Assembly (NCBI GenBank): GCA_001001705.1
Contig: LCOG01000002.1
Coordinates: 20,056 to 84,055 of the forward strand
DNA: 64,000 bases
Direction of reading: 5' to 3'
Source: Parcubacteria group bacterium GW2011_GWA2_47_26
GTDB taxonomy: Bacteria > Patescibacteriota > Patescibacteriia > GWA2-47-26
Part shown: positions 46,895 through 55,666 of the stretch, piece by piece
Position numbering within the stretch: the stretch's first letter is position 1
Layout: the number at the start of each line of letters is the position of its first letter
Notes under the pieces: model-generated
Database searches by the model: none
Seen by the model: the letters and a program-made list of their open reading frames with translations, nothing else
What the model was told of the DNA's origin: nothing
Program-made: the position numbers and the translations under genes

Positions 46895-49609
46895 ATGAAC
46901 TTATCGGTTTCCTACAAATGGTTAAAAGAATATTTGCCCGGACTTAAGGCTGACCCGGAAGAGGTGGCGGCCAAATTGTCCCTGCATTCTTTTTCTGTTG
47001 AACGCTGGCAGAGAACGGGAGAAGGACTTAATGAGCGTATTGTGGTTGGAAAAATTAAAAAAATCGAACAACATCCCAATGCGGATAAGTTGAAAGTTGC
47101 GCATGTGCAAGTCAGTCCACAGTCGACAATCGACAGTTCACAGAAAATTGTTTGTGGCGGTACGAATATCCGCGAGGGACAGCTCGTGGCTTTGGCATTG
47201 TCGGGCGCAAAGGTGCGTTGGCACGGGGAAGGGGAGTTGATTGAACTCAAGCCCACAGAGATTCGCGGAGTCCGAAGCGAAGGCATGATTTGCGCGGCTA
47301 ATGAAATTGGTTTATTTGAAATGTTCCCGCATAAGGAGAGGGAAATTTTGGATTTAACCGCGACCGGTGCGCAAGTTGGCGTGCCGCTTGCCAAAGCGCT
47401 TGGGTTAGATGACACGATTTTTGAGGTTGAAGTAACTACCAATCGTCCTGATGCAATGGGGATAGTGGGCTTGGCAAGAGAGGTAGGGGCGATTTTTGGC
47501 GTGCCGTTGAAGTTGCCGCAGATTAAGCAGATTAAGCAGATTAAGCAGATTAAGCAGATTAAGCAGTTGGAGGTGCGCATAGAGACTTCCAAACTTTGCC
47601 CGCGCTATATCGCCGTCATGATGGAAGGCATTAAAGTAGCGCCTTCGCCTTGGTGGCTGCAGAGAAAATTAATTGCAAGCGGAATTAGGCCGATAAATAA
47701 TTTGGTGGATATTACAAACTATGTTCTTTTAGAATATGGCCAGCCGTGTCATGCGTTTGATGCGGGGAAATTGAGCGACGGAAGTGACCATGCCACTGCC
47801 GTAGGCGCAACACGTGGCCTGGTCACGGAGAGCTGTTCCATTGTAGTCCGCATGGCTAGGAAAGGAGAAAAGATTTTAGCATTGGATGGAAATACGTATG
47901 GTCTTGACGAAAATATTTTGGTGATTGCTGATGCAAAGCGACCAGTGGCGATTGCAGGAATTATGGGAGGAGAGGAAACAGGCGTACATGCAGATACAAC
48001 GCGCATTGTGTATGAGATTGCGAATTTTGATCCGATTACGGTGCGCAAGGGTGAGCATCAATTGGCGCTTACCAGTGATTCTTCCGCGCGGTTTAATAAA
48101 GGTTTGCCAGTGAAGTTATCAGAATATGCCGCGGCGAGGTTGATTGAACTAACCAAAGAGGTGGTGGGTGGTGAAGTCATGGGTGTGGTTGACAAGAAAT
48201 CTCTACGCCGTCATCCTGAATGCAGTGAAGGATCCCGTGGAAGTAAGAACGGGATTCCTCGCGGAGTGCAACCCCGCACCGAACTCCGTTCTGGTGCGTG
48301 GGCTCGGAATGACAAGCTAGTTGTAGCTGTGTCTCCGCAAGATGTGGCGCAAAACATCGGCATTGATATTCCAAGAGCGCAAATGAAAAAATATCTTACT
48401 GCTTTAGGATTTAAGGTTAGCGGTTCAGCTAAAAAATGGTCAGTTGCGTTTCCTTACTGGCGCACAGTTGAGGCTGATGGAGTGGCTGATATCTCTGAAG
48501 AAGTAGCGCGGATGTATGGGTATCATAATCTGCCAAGTGTTTTGCCAGCAGGCACTTTGCCAGACGAGGCGCCCAATCCGGATTTTGCCCATGAGCAAAC
48601 AGTCAAAGATATACTGCGCGGCGCAGGCTTTACCGAGTTATATACTTACTCATTTGTCTCATCTGACGATATAATCAAAGCTGGCCTTGACGCAGGTGAG
48701 GACGCCGCAGCAATTGCTAATCCGCTCACTTCGGAGCTTACGCACATGCGGCCATGGCTTGGCATTTCTATATTGCGCGCGATTGAGAAAAATCAGACGA
48801 TGGCTGATGTGCTTAAGTTTTTTGAATTATCAAATGAATACCATCCCCGTCATAGCGGTCATTCCGAGCCCGCGCACCAGAGCGAAGCTCGGTGCGGGGT
48901 TTTACTCCGCGAGGAATCCCGTGCTTTACAGAACGGGATCCTTCGTCGCATTGCTCCTCAGGATGACACTGCGTGTCAACTGCCTGAAGAACGTCAAAAA
49001 CTTATCGTGGCGGGAGCGGGCAAGGAAGAACACGACGGAGAAAATTTTTATATTATAAAAGGTTTAGCCGAATATTTGGCCGTAACTCTAGGCTTGCCAA
49101 AATTGAGCTTTGTGCCAGCCCCAAAAAGCTCCGCGCTGTATAAATGGTTCCATCCGGCGCGGGTTATATGGTGTAAAGCAGGCGAAGATTTTCTGGGCCC
49201 GTTGGGCGAGGCGCACCCGACACTGCTTAAGGCCTTTGGCATCACGCGCCGTGTGGCTTTTCTAGACTGGGAAATTAAAGCGCTTTTTCCCTTGATTGGC
49301 AAAGGGCGTGTCTATAAATCTCCTCTAGCATATCCGCCAGTCAAACGCGATGTTGCGTTTATTGTGTCTAAATCTGTACAATATGCAAGTATCTTGGAGA
49401 CTATAGTAAAGCTTGATCCACTGATTTATGAAGTTGAGCTTTTTGACCAATACGAAGGCAAAGGCGTACCTGCGGATTCCAGAAGTTTAGCTTTTCACAT
49501 AACCTATGCCAGTTATGAACGCACCCTGACTGCGGAAGAAGCAGAACGTGTGCATGACAAGCTCACGAAAATTTTAAAGGAAAAATTTGACGCAAAAGTG
49601 CGCGAGTAA
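46895..49609 (+). CDS. pheT: Phenylalanyl-tRNA synthetase beta subunit (tandem QIK repeat, family D and two family A elements in frame)
   Basis: N-terminal tRNA-binding OB fold, B3/B4, FDX-ACB C-terminal domain. Confidence 0.9.
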   Translation: MNLSVSYKWLKEYLPGLKADPEEVAAKLSLHSFSVERWQRTGEGLNERIVVGKIKKIEQHPNADKLKVAHVQVSPQSTIDSSQKIVCGGTNIREGQLVALALSGAKVRWHGEGELIELKPTEIRGVRSEGMICAANEIGLFEMFPHKEREILDLTATGAQVGVPLAKALGLDDTIFEVEVTTNRPDAMGIVGLAREVGAIFGVPLKLPQIKQIKQIKQIKQIKQLEVRIETSKLCPRYIAVMMEGIKVAPSPWWLQRKLIASGIRPINNLVDITNYVLLEYGQPCHAFDAGKLSDGSDHATAVGATRGLVTESCSIVVRMARKGEKILALDGNTYGLDENILVIADAKRPVAIAGIMGGEETGVHADTTRIVYEIANFDPITVRKGEHQLALTSDSSARFNKGLPVKLSEYAAARLIELTKEVVGGEVMGVVDKKSLRRHPECSEGSRGSKNGIPRGVQPRTELRSGAWARNDKLVVAVSPQDVAQNIGIDIPRAQMKKYLTALGFKVSGSAKKWSVAFPYWRTVEADGVADISEEVARMYGYHNLPSVLPAGTLPDEAPNPDFAHEQTVKDILRGAGFTELYTYSFVSSDDIIKAGLDAGEDAAAIANPLTSELTHMRPWLGISILRAIEKNQTMADVLKFFELSNEYHPRHSGHSEPAHQSEARCGVLLREESRALQNGILRRIAPQDDTACQLPEERQKLIVAGAGKEEHDGENFYIIKGLAEYLAVTLGLPKLSFVPAPKSSALYKWFHPARVIWCKAGEDFLGPLGEAHPTLLKAFGITRRVAFLDWEIKALFPLIGKGRVYKSPLAYPPVKRDVAFIVSKSVQYASILETIVKLDPLIYEVELFDQYEGKGVPADSRSLAFHITYASYERTLTAEEAERVHDKLTKILKEKFDAKVRE
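47518..47566 (+). repeat. Tandem 9-nt repeat (CAGATTAAG x5) inside pheT encoding QIKQIKQIKQIKQIK
   Basis: Direct reading of sequence; motif shared with family H hairpins. Confidence 0.85.
47784..47826. repeat. Family D element within pheT
   Basis: GTGACCATGCCACTGCCGTAGGCGCAACACGTGGCCTGGTCAC. Confidence 0.75.
48210..48313. repeat. Family A element within pheT (copy 1)
   Basis: GTCATCCTGAATGCAGTGAAGGATCCCGTGG...GGGATTCCTCGCGGAG...CGGAATGAC. Confidence 0.75.
48859..48968. repeat. Family A element within pheT (copy 2)
   Basis: GTCATTCCGAGCCCGCGCACCAGAGCGAAGCTCGG...GGGATCCTTCGTCGCATTGCTCCTCAGGATGAC. Confidence 0.7.
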
Positions 49610-49647
49610 TATTTAACAAATGTATTTTAAAAAATTAATGCACTAAT

Positions 49648-50004
49648 ATGATCACCGAAACAAAAGATATATTTTATTTAGTACTGGCTTTTTGCGTGCT
49701 CTGGTTTACAATTTTTGTCTGCTGGCTTCTGTACTATTTTATCGCGATTATGCGGGATGCGCGCGGTATGGTTCGCGATGTGCGTGAAAAAATTAGCCGC
49801 ATTGAAGAGGTAGCCCATCTGGTTAAAGATAAAATTGAAAAGTCCCTCTCAATTTTCGTGGTTTTAGCCGATGGTTTTAAATATATCTTACAATTTCTTG
49901 GTGAGCGCGGTCGTTTTAATGGGCGTAAGACTAGAAAACGCAAAAGTGAAGAGACCAGAGATGAAGCTAGAGAAGAGCACGAAGAACACTTGACAGAAAA
50001 ATGA
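49648..50004 (+). CDS. Hypothetical small membrane protein
   Basis: One TM helix, charged C-terminus. Confidence 0.4.
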   Translation: MITETKDIFYLVLAFCVLWFTIFVCWLLYYFIAIMRDARGMVRDVREKISRIEEVAHLVKDKIEKSLSIFVVLADGFKYILQFLGERGRFNGRKTRKRKSEETRDEAREEHEEHLTEK

Positions 50005-50044
50005 TAGTAATGTTAAAGTAACATACTGCCACAGACCACAGGCA

Positions 50045-50160
50045 TATTAAGCCCTGTGCAGGCGTAATCCATGCAACTTGTAACATATAGCATGAAACCC
50101 GAGAGCATAGTCAATTGCAATCTTGTGTTTCATGTTACAGGCTACATGTTGTGTGTATCA
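50045..50160. repeat. Family G-related element upstream of rplJ
   Basis: ...CTTGTAACATATAGCATGAAAC...CTTGTGTTTCATGTTACAGGCTACATGTTGTG shares the TGTAACAT / CAGGCTACATG motifs. Confidence 0.55.
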
Positions 50161-50267
50161 TTTGTCTGTGGCCTAAAGGTCGCAGTTTTTTTGTAACTTT
50201 CCCGGAAAGTTACAACCCGCCGAGCATGCGCGATGAACCGATAGGCGGGTGTATTCACTGAAGTATT

Positions 50268-50801
50268 ATGGCTAAAACACGAGCACAAAAAGAGCAAACC
50301 GTTGCAGAGTTGACGGATAAGTTGGAAAAAATGAAGGGCGCGGTGGTTGTTGACTTTCAAGGTCTTAAAGTTAAGGATGCCCAGAAAATTCGCGTGAGGT
50401 CTTGGCAAGAAGTCGTAGATTATGAGGTTGTGAAAAAAAGCCTCTTAAAACTGGCTTTGCAAAATTCCGCGCTTGGCGGAGCAGTGGACACTAAAATGCT
50501 TCAAGGCAATATAGGTATTTTCATTGCCTACAAAGACGAGATTGAGGCCGCAAAATTTGCCGCGCAATCGGCAAAAGATTTTGATGCAGTGAAGATATTG
50601 GGCGGATTTTCAGAGGGCCGATTTGTTGATGCGTCGGCTATCAAAGCCTTGGCCAGTTTGCCGGGTCGCACTGAACTCCTAGCTAAGCTAGTTGGCTCAA
50701 TCAAATCTCCAATATCCGGTTTTGTCAATGTACTGGCTGGCAATCTGCGCGGATTAGTCCAAGTGCTTAAGGCAATAAAGGAATTTAAATCTGCAGAATA
50801 A
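50268..50801 (+). CDS. rplJ: 50S ribosomal protein L10
   Basis: MAKTRAQKEQTVAEL... L10 signature; followed by rplL. Confidence 0.9.
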   Translation: MAKTRAQKEQTVAELTDKLEKMKGAVVVDFQGLKVKDAQKIRVRSWQEVVDYEVVKKSLLKLALQNSALGGAVDTKMLQGNIGIFIAYKDEIEAAKFAAQSAKDFDAVKILGGFSEGRFVDASAIKALASLPGRTELLAKLVGSIKSPISGFVNVLAGNLRGLVQVLKAIKEFKSAE

Positions 50802-50807
50802 GCAATA

Positions 50808-50845
50808 AGCAGATTAAGCAATTGCTTACTCTGCCTAATCTGCTA
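50808..50845. repeat. Family H hairpin AAGCAGATTAAGCAATTGCTTACTCTGCCTAATCTGCT after rplJ
   Basis: AGCAGATTAG/CTAATCTGCT stem. Confidence 0.6.
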
Positions 50846-50862
50846 ATTCACTAATCAAAAGT

Positions 50863-51267
50863 ATGTCTGATGAACAAAAAAATATTGAGGTCCCTGAAAA
50901 ATTTAAGGGACTCGTAGAGCAGATTGAGAAGCTTTCCGTTCTTGATCTCTCGGAATTAGTAAAAGTTCTAGAAGATAAATTCGGAGTTTCTGCCGCAGCT
51001 CCGGTAATGGCTGTGGCCGCCGGCGCTCCAGCCGCCGCCCCCCCCGCTGAAGAGCAAACCGTCTTCAATGTGGAGCTTACGGAGTCGGGCGCCAATAAGA
51101 TCGGCGTGATTAAAGTCTTGCGCGAACTAACCCAGCTTGGCCTTAAAGATGCCAAGGACTTGGTTGATGCCGCGCCGAAGATGGTAAAGGAAGGGGTTGG
51201 CAAGGCTGAAGCCGAAACCATGAAAAAGAAGCTAGAAGAAGCCGGTGCCAAAGCGACCTTGAAGTAA
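50863..51267 (+). CDS. rplL: 50S ribosomal protein L7/L12
   Basis: Ala-rich hinge, C-terminal [23 protein letters not shown]. Confidence 0.9.
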   Translation: MSDEQKNIEVPEKFKGLVEQIEKLSVLDLSELVKVLEDKFGVSAAAPVMAVAAGAPAAAPPAEEQTVFNVELTESGANKIGVIKVLRELTQLGLKDAKDLVDAAPKMVKEGVGKAEAETMKKKLEEAGAKATLK

Positions 51268-51288
51268 AGGCCAATATAGCTAAAACTA

Positions 51289-51317
51289 AAACTCGCCGGA
51301 TACACCGGCGAGTTTTT
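51289..51317 (+). terminator. Rho-independent terminator after rplL
   Basis: CTCGCCGG-ataca-CCGGCGAG followed by TTTTT. Confidence 0.7.
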
Positions 51318-51336
51318 GATGTGTGTGTGTTGAATA

Positions 51337-52395
51337 ATGAATCTATGTAGGGTATACTGTATAACTAGTATGACTCTAGAATCGCTCGCCCCGTATTTAG
51401 TAATTGCAGGTATTATTCTGCTTCTTTTTTGGACGCAGAAAAGCAAGCTTAAGGGCGTATTCGGCGCAGGAACGCCGATTTTGAATAGTTACACCACGGA
51501 TTTTACACTGCTCGCCAAAGAAGGAAAGCTCAAACCCGTTATAGATCGGATTAATGAGCATGCGCGGATAATCCAAATTTTATCACGCAAGGAAAAGAAT
51601 AATCCGATTCTTTTAGGCGAAGCAGGCGTAGGAAAGACCGCTATTGTTGATGGGTTGGCGCAAAGCATCATTGCCAGCGAAGTGCCTTCTTCTTTACTTG
51701 ACAAGCGCGTCCTGGGCCTTAATGTTTCAGCTTTAATTGCGGGAACAAAATACCGCGGCGAATTTGAACAGCGTTTGAAAAAAATCGTGGAGGAAATTCA
51801 GCGTGCTGGCCGGAGCGTTATTTTGTTTATTGATGAGATTCATCTGCTTGTTCAGGCCAAGGGGTCAGAGGGCGCACTAGACCCGACCGATATTTTAAAA
51901 CCCGCGTTGGCTCGCGGAGATCTTCAAGCTATTGGCGCTTGCACCATGGAGGAATATAACCAGTATATCAAGCCTGATTCAGCTTTAGAACGCCGGTTTC
52001 AGCCGGTTTTTGTTGGCGAGCCTTCAGTAAAAATGACCATTGAAATTTTAAAGGGCGTGAAAAAAGTATATGAAGATCATCATCATGTGCGCATTACTGA
52101 TGAAGCCGTTAAAACCGCGGCCGAGCTTTCGCACGAATATATCAAAAAACGCTTTTTGCCGGATAAGGCCATTGATTTAATTGACGAAGCATCCGCAAAA
52201 GTGCGTTTGGAAACCATCGAGATACCTAGACGCATTGAAACGCTCAAGACTTCTTCCAATAAAAAGTTGGAAATTGTGCATCTGCAAAAAATGTGGGATG
52301 ATGATAAAAATGGCATATTGCCAGCGGTTGAACCCGAGCAAATTCGGGAAATTATCACTATGTCAACCGGTCTGCCGGTGAGGAAGTTAAAGTAG
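51337..52395 (+). CDS. Clp/Hsp100-family AAA+ ATPase, membrane-anchored, first nucleotide-binding domain only (truncated or naturally single-domain)
   Basis: N-terminal TM; Walker A GEAGVGKT, Walker B ILFIDEIH, ends at the TGLPV motif that normally precedes the second nucleotide-binding domain; stop abuts the poly-G repeat. Confidence 0.7.
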   Translation: MNLCRVYCITSMTLESLAPYLVIAGIILLLFWTQKSKLKGVFGAGTPILNSYTTDFTLLAKEGKLKPVIDRINEHARIIQILSRKEKNNPILLGEAGVGKTAIVDGLAQSIIASEVPSSLLDKRVLGLNVSALIAGTKYRGEFEQRLKKIVEEIQRAGRSVILFIDEIHLLVQAKGSEGALDPTDILKPALARGDLQAIGACTMEEYNQYIKPDSALERRFQPVFVGEPSVKMTIEILKGVKKVYEDHHHVRITDEAVKTAAELSHEYIKKRFLPDKAIDLIDEASAKVRLETIEIPRRIETLKTSSNKKLEIVHLQKMWDDDKNGILPAVEPEQIREIITMSTGLPVRKLK

Positions 52396-52396
52396 A

Positions 52397-52440
52397 AGTT
52401 ATCCACATGAGATATTGCGCAAAATCGTGGGGGGGGGGGG
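52397..52440 (+). repeat. 44-bp direct repeat AGTTATCCACATGAGATATTGCGCAAAATCGTG(G)12, copy 1, abutting the clp-like stop
   Basis: Identical to copy at 53669 including 12-G homopolymer. Confidence 0.8.
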
Positions 52441-52479
52441 AGACTAGAGGAATGACATTAGCACTTAAAAAATAAGGGT

Positions 52480-52872
52480 ATGCTAGATAACGAAGTCACC
52501 AACAATGAAATCATGGAGTTTCTAAAAGAAACAGTAGCGACCAAAGAAGATCTTAAAGCCTTCGCCACGAAAGATGATCTTAAATCTTTTGCCACCAAGG
52601 AGGATCTGAAGGCCTTTGCGACCAAAGAAGATTTGAAAGCCTTTGCCACGAAGGAGGATTTGTACAGGGCCAAAGACGAGATTTTAGCGCGTTTGGCAGA
52701 ATTTCAGTTTGAGCTTGAAGAGATTAAAAAACGGCTGGAGAAAATTGAAAAGACGCTTAAGGAAGATACAGATGCACTAGTTATGGAGGTAGAACAATTG
52801 AAAGAACGGGTTGCAGTATTAGAAGTGCATCTTGGAATTCAAAAAATGGCCGCAGTAAGCAATAATTTATAG
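52480..52872 (+). CDS. Hypothetical coiled-coil protein with five ATKEDLKAF tandem repeats
   Basis: 27-nt tandem coding repeats. Confidence 0.5.
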   Translation: MLDNEVTNNEIMEFLKETVATKEDLKAFATKDDLKSFATKEDLKAFATKEDLKAFATKEDLYRAKDEILARLAEFQFELEEIKKRLEKIEKTLKEDTDALVMEVEQLKERVAVLEVHLGIQKMAAVSNNL

Positions 52873-52900
52873 AAAACAAAAGGGCAGATTAAGCCTTGAG

Positions 52901-53641
52901 TTGTCGACTAAATATCCAAAACCTATGTTGTCGCAGACATCTAAAATAATTATTGCCATTGCTATTACGGCTATTGTCGCGGGTGGGGCAATATTTTTGT
53001 GGCAGGGCCGTATTCAACAATCAAGACAACCTGAAAATTTTCAAATAGAACAAATAGAACAATCTAAACAACTTCTTGAGACAACGCCGTCATCAGCGGC
53101 AAAACAGCAGCAATATGATTTTTTCTGCTACCCAAAAGGACAAGCGCCCCAACAGGTCAAAATTATATTAAATCCTCTTCTTGATCGCGCGGGTTGGCGT
53201 AATGCTGATGGCGGTGCAAGGGTTTGTCTTGATACAAGCGGGTCTTTTAGACGCGCACTTGTCCTGACCAATGACTGTCATCCTACCGATGATGTGGCCA
53301 ACCCCGCTGAACCATGTCGAACGACAGCTATAGTACTTATTGACCTTGTGACAGGGTCAATACGGTCTCTTGTAAGTCAAACGATTACTGATGAATTTTA
53401 TGGTACGCGTCCCTTTACCGAAATTCTAAGTTGGGCATCCGACTCTGTGGCATATCGTGCACTTCCAATACGTGGCGCTGGTGAATACGGTGATATAGAA
53501 TGTGTGCCGCAGGATATTAAAAAATATTACGCGTATCAAGACCGCGTGCTTACCATCGCCGATGGTCAATCTCGTGTTTTGCAAACGTGTTATAATGTCT
53601 CCTGTTCTGATTTGAGCGAGCTGGAATGTGTGCCACAGTGA
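52901..53641 (+). CDS. Hypothetical secreted Cys-containing protein (ECVPQ motif twice)
   Basis: N-terminal TM/signal, 8 Cys. Confidence 0.5.
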   Translation: MSTKYPKPMLSQTSKIIIAIAITAIVAGGAIFLWQGRIQQSRQPENFQIEQIEQSKQLLETTPSSAAKQQQYDFFCYPKGQAPQQVKIILNPLLDRAGWRNADGGARVCLDTSGSFRRALVLTNDCHPTDDVANPAEPCRTTAIVLIDLVTGSIRSLVSQTITDEFYGTRPFTEILSWASDSVAYRALPIRGAGEYGDIECVPQDIKKYYAYQDRVLTIADGQSRVLQTCYNVSCSDLSELECVPQ

Positions 53642-53668
53642 TAGTGGTTGAAATAGGAGAGAGGTTTC

Positions 53669-53712
53669 AGTTATCCACATGAGATATTGCGCAAAATCGT
53701 GGGGGGGGGGGG
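53669..53712 (+). repeat. 44-bp direct repeat with 12-G tract, copy 2
   Basis: Identical to 52397..52440. Confidence 0.8.
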
Positions 53713-53826
53713 TAAACTGGATGCAAACACTGTTTTGTATTGTGATGAAAGTAGGTCTAGCAATAAGCAATATCAATAATACTTAACACTAGTGAATATT
53801 TAACTAAATGATTTTTAACCCACTAT

Positions 53827-54204
53827 ATGTTAAAAAGGATCACAAAATCGGCAGTATTTGCATTATTAGGTCTTAATCTGGTAACGATTACAAATCAACT
53901 GGTTCTTGCCCAGTCAAGATGTGTTCTCAATGGACAAGAAGTCCCTTGTGAAGAATTGGCTGAATCAGCAAAAGGAATGATAGGCTGGGGCATAGGTTTA
54001 CTTGCCGTGATATTTGTTGTTGGGATAGCGGCGACAATTTTTTGGCTTTTGATGATAGTGCATGCCGCCTCTCACCCTATTGAGAATAGAGCGATGTGGA
54101 TTATCTTGATGGTGTTAACAGGCGTAGTCGGCGCGTTGATTTATTATTTTGTTGTTAAGCGAAAATTCAATGGACAACTGTCACAGCCCACTGTAACGCG
54201 GTAA
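53827..54204 (+). CDS. PLD-nuclease N-terminal (PLDc_N) domain small membrane protein
   Basis: WGIGLLAVIFVVG...WIILMVLTGVVGALIYYF pattern. Confidence 0.55.
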   Translation: MLKRITKSAVFALLGLNLVTITNQLVLAQSRCVLNGQEVPCEELAESAKGMIGWGIGLLAVIFVVGIAATIFWLLMIVHAASHPIENRAMWIILMVLTGVVGALIYYFVVKRKFNGQLSQPTVTR

Positions 54205-54231
54205 CACATAATATATATTTGCCATAATTTT

Positions 54232-55323
54232 ATGGAGACACAAAATATGCCACCCGTAACAACTCAAACCAAAACCAAAGTCGGAGTCGGAACAAAAGTC
54301 GCCGTAGCCCTGCTTATTGTAGGCGGAGCCGTAGCCGCGGCTTTTGCGATACCTAGGATTATAAACAAACCCATGTTTTTGGTACGCTTGCTAGATCTTA
54401 CCGTGACAAGTATCAGCCCGGACTTAACTACGAAGAGAACAACTGTCCGTGTGCAGAATATTGGTTCAGGACCTATCAGCAGTGCTCCGTCTGGACCTAG
54501 TGCTTCAAGATTAAAGCTAGAAGCGGTTGACGCGGATGGCATGATAATTGGATCTTCTGTAACCACAGTTGATCTTCCGCCCAGTATTGCGGCTGGATCA
54601 GAATGGGTGGCAGCGATTGACCTTTTTCCTGCCGGTTATTCTGGCCCCGAGTCTATAGTGGACTATCCTGTCGGAATGGTTGCTTTTCGTGCTACCGTAG
54701 ACTATGACAATGTCATCAGGGAAAGCAACGAAGATAATAACATTTTAAAACTGGCTTGGTCTCCACCTGCGCCTGTGGCACCCGTTGCATCCCGTTTATC
54801 ATTTACCCTTGCGCCGACATCGCCCTCTGGCGCAGGAGTCGGAGTGAATGAGGTGTTGCGATTTAATGTTACGAATGAGTCACCGGTTGATGCCGCTCTT
54901 ATAGATATGCATTTTGATGGCGCTGGCACTGATAATGCGGGGTCAAGATGGCCTGAAACCGGGCCACTAATGCGCAGTTGGAGATTATATGATCAAACGG
55001 ATTTATCTACCGCGCTCGGAGATTTACTGACAGTTCCTAGAGTACTACGCTGGGATGGTGCAAATTGGAATACTACAGATGCAGAAATAGAATTTAGTGG
55101 CCCCGGTTTCCTTTTGATATCAGCCGGCACTACTAGGACCTTGATTTTGAAAGTTGATACCATAGGAGCGAGTGCGGTTAGGGATGATCTGGTGCGCTTT
55201 GACTTAATGAGAGTAACTTGGGTGAATGCAGGCACGACGGGTCCACTGTCTGGGGCAGGTTCTCCTTTTGAACCAGGCGTAGTTGGCACACCGCTTGTGA
55301 CAGGCAATACGCTTAGCTATTAA
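54232..55323 (+). CDS. Secreted CARDB-like (cell-adhesion related) domain protein
   Basis: N-terminal anchor, CARDB-like block DLTVTSISP...VDYDNVIRESNEDNN. Confidence 0.5.
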   Translation: METQNMPPVTTQTKTKVGVGTKVAVALLIVGGAVAAAFAIPRIINKPMFLVRLLDLTVTSISPDLTTKRTTVRVQNIGSGPISSAPSGPSASRLKLEAVDADGMIIGSSVTTVDLPPSIAAGSEWVAAIDLFPAGYSGPESIVDYPVGMVAFRATVDYDNVIRESNEDNNILKLAWSPPAPVAPVASRLSFTLAPTSPSGAGVGVNEVLRFNVTNESPVDAALIDMHFDGAGTDNAGSRWPETGPLMRSWRLYDQTDLSTALGDLLTVPRVLRWDGANWNTTDAEIEFSGPGFLLISAGTTRTLILKVDTIGASAVRDDLVRFDLMRVTWVNAGTTGPLSGAGSPFEPGVVGTPLVTGNTLSY

Positions 55324-55407
55324 TTAGAGGTGGTAAAATTACACAAAAGCAGTCCCGCAACCGCGGGACTGCTTTTGTGTTGGAAGAATAAGGGACCGTT
55401 GCCGAAT

Positions 55408-55480
55408 GTCATCCTGAGCGCAGCGAAGGATCCCGAGCATCTAAAAAATAACGGGATTCTTCACTTCATTCAGAATGACA
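55408..55480. repeat. Family A element, intergenic
   Basis: GTCATCCTGAGCGCAGCGAAGGATCCCGAG...GGGATTCTTCACTTCATTCAGAATGAC. Confidence 0.8.
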
Positions 55481-55595
55481 ATGGAAAAAATTATATTCGG
55501 CAACAGTCCCATTAAGACAAGACGAAGCAAGCTCTAAAACTCTCGTTCCGAAATTGACACGATCGTGTCAATTTCGGGATAGCCTGCGGGACCGA

Positions 55596-55660
55596 AAAAG
55601 AGAACACTTCTAAATTTTGCAAAGCAAAATTAGAGGCGTTCTCTTTTTCGGCGTTCTCTT
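55596..55660. repeat. Family F element with right-arm duplication, intergenic
   Basis: GAAAAAGAGAACACTTCTAAATTTTGCAAAGCAAAATTAGAGGCGTTCTCTTTTTCGGCGTTCTCTTTTTCC. Confidence 0.7.
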
Positions 55661-55666
55661 TTTCCA

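Noticed and set aside
52429-52440. 12-G homopolymers as pure sequencing artefacts
   Set aside because: Cannot be excluded, but both copies are identical in length and embedded in otherwise identical 32-bp unique sequence. Kept as a finding with a read-level check requested.
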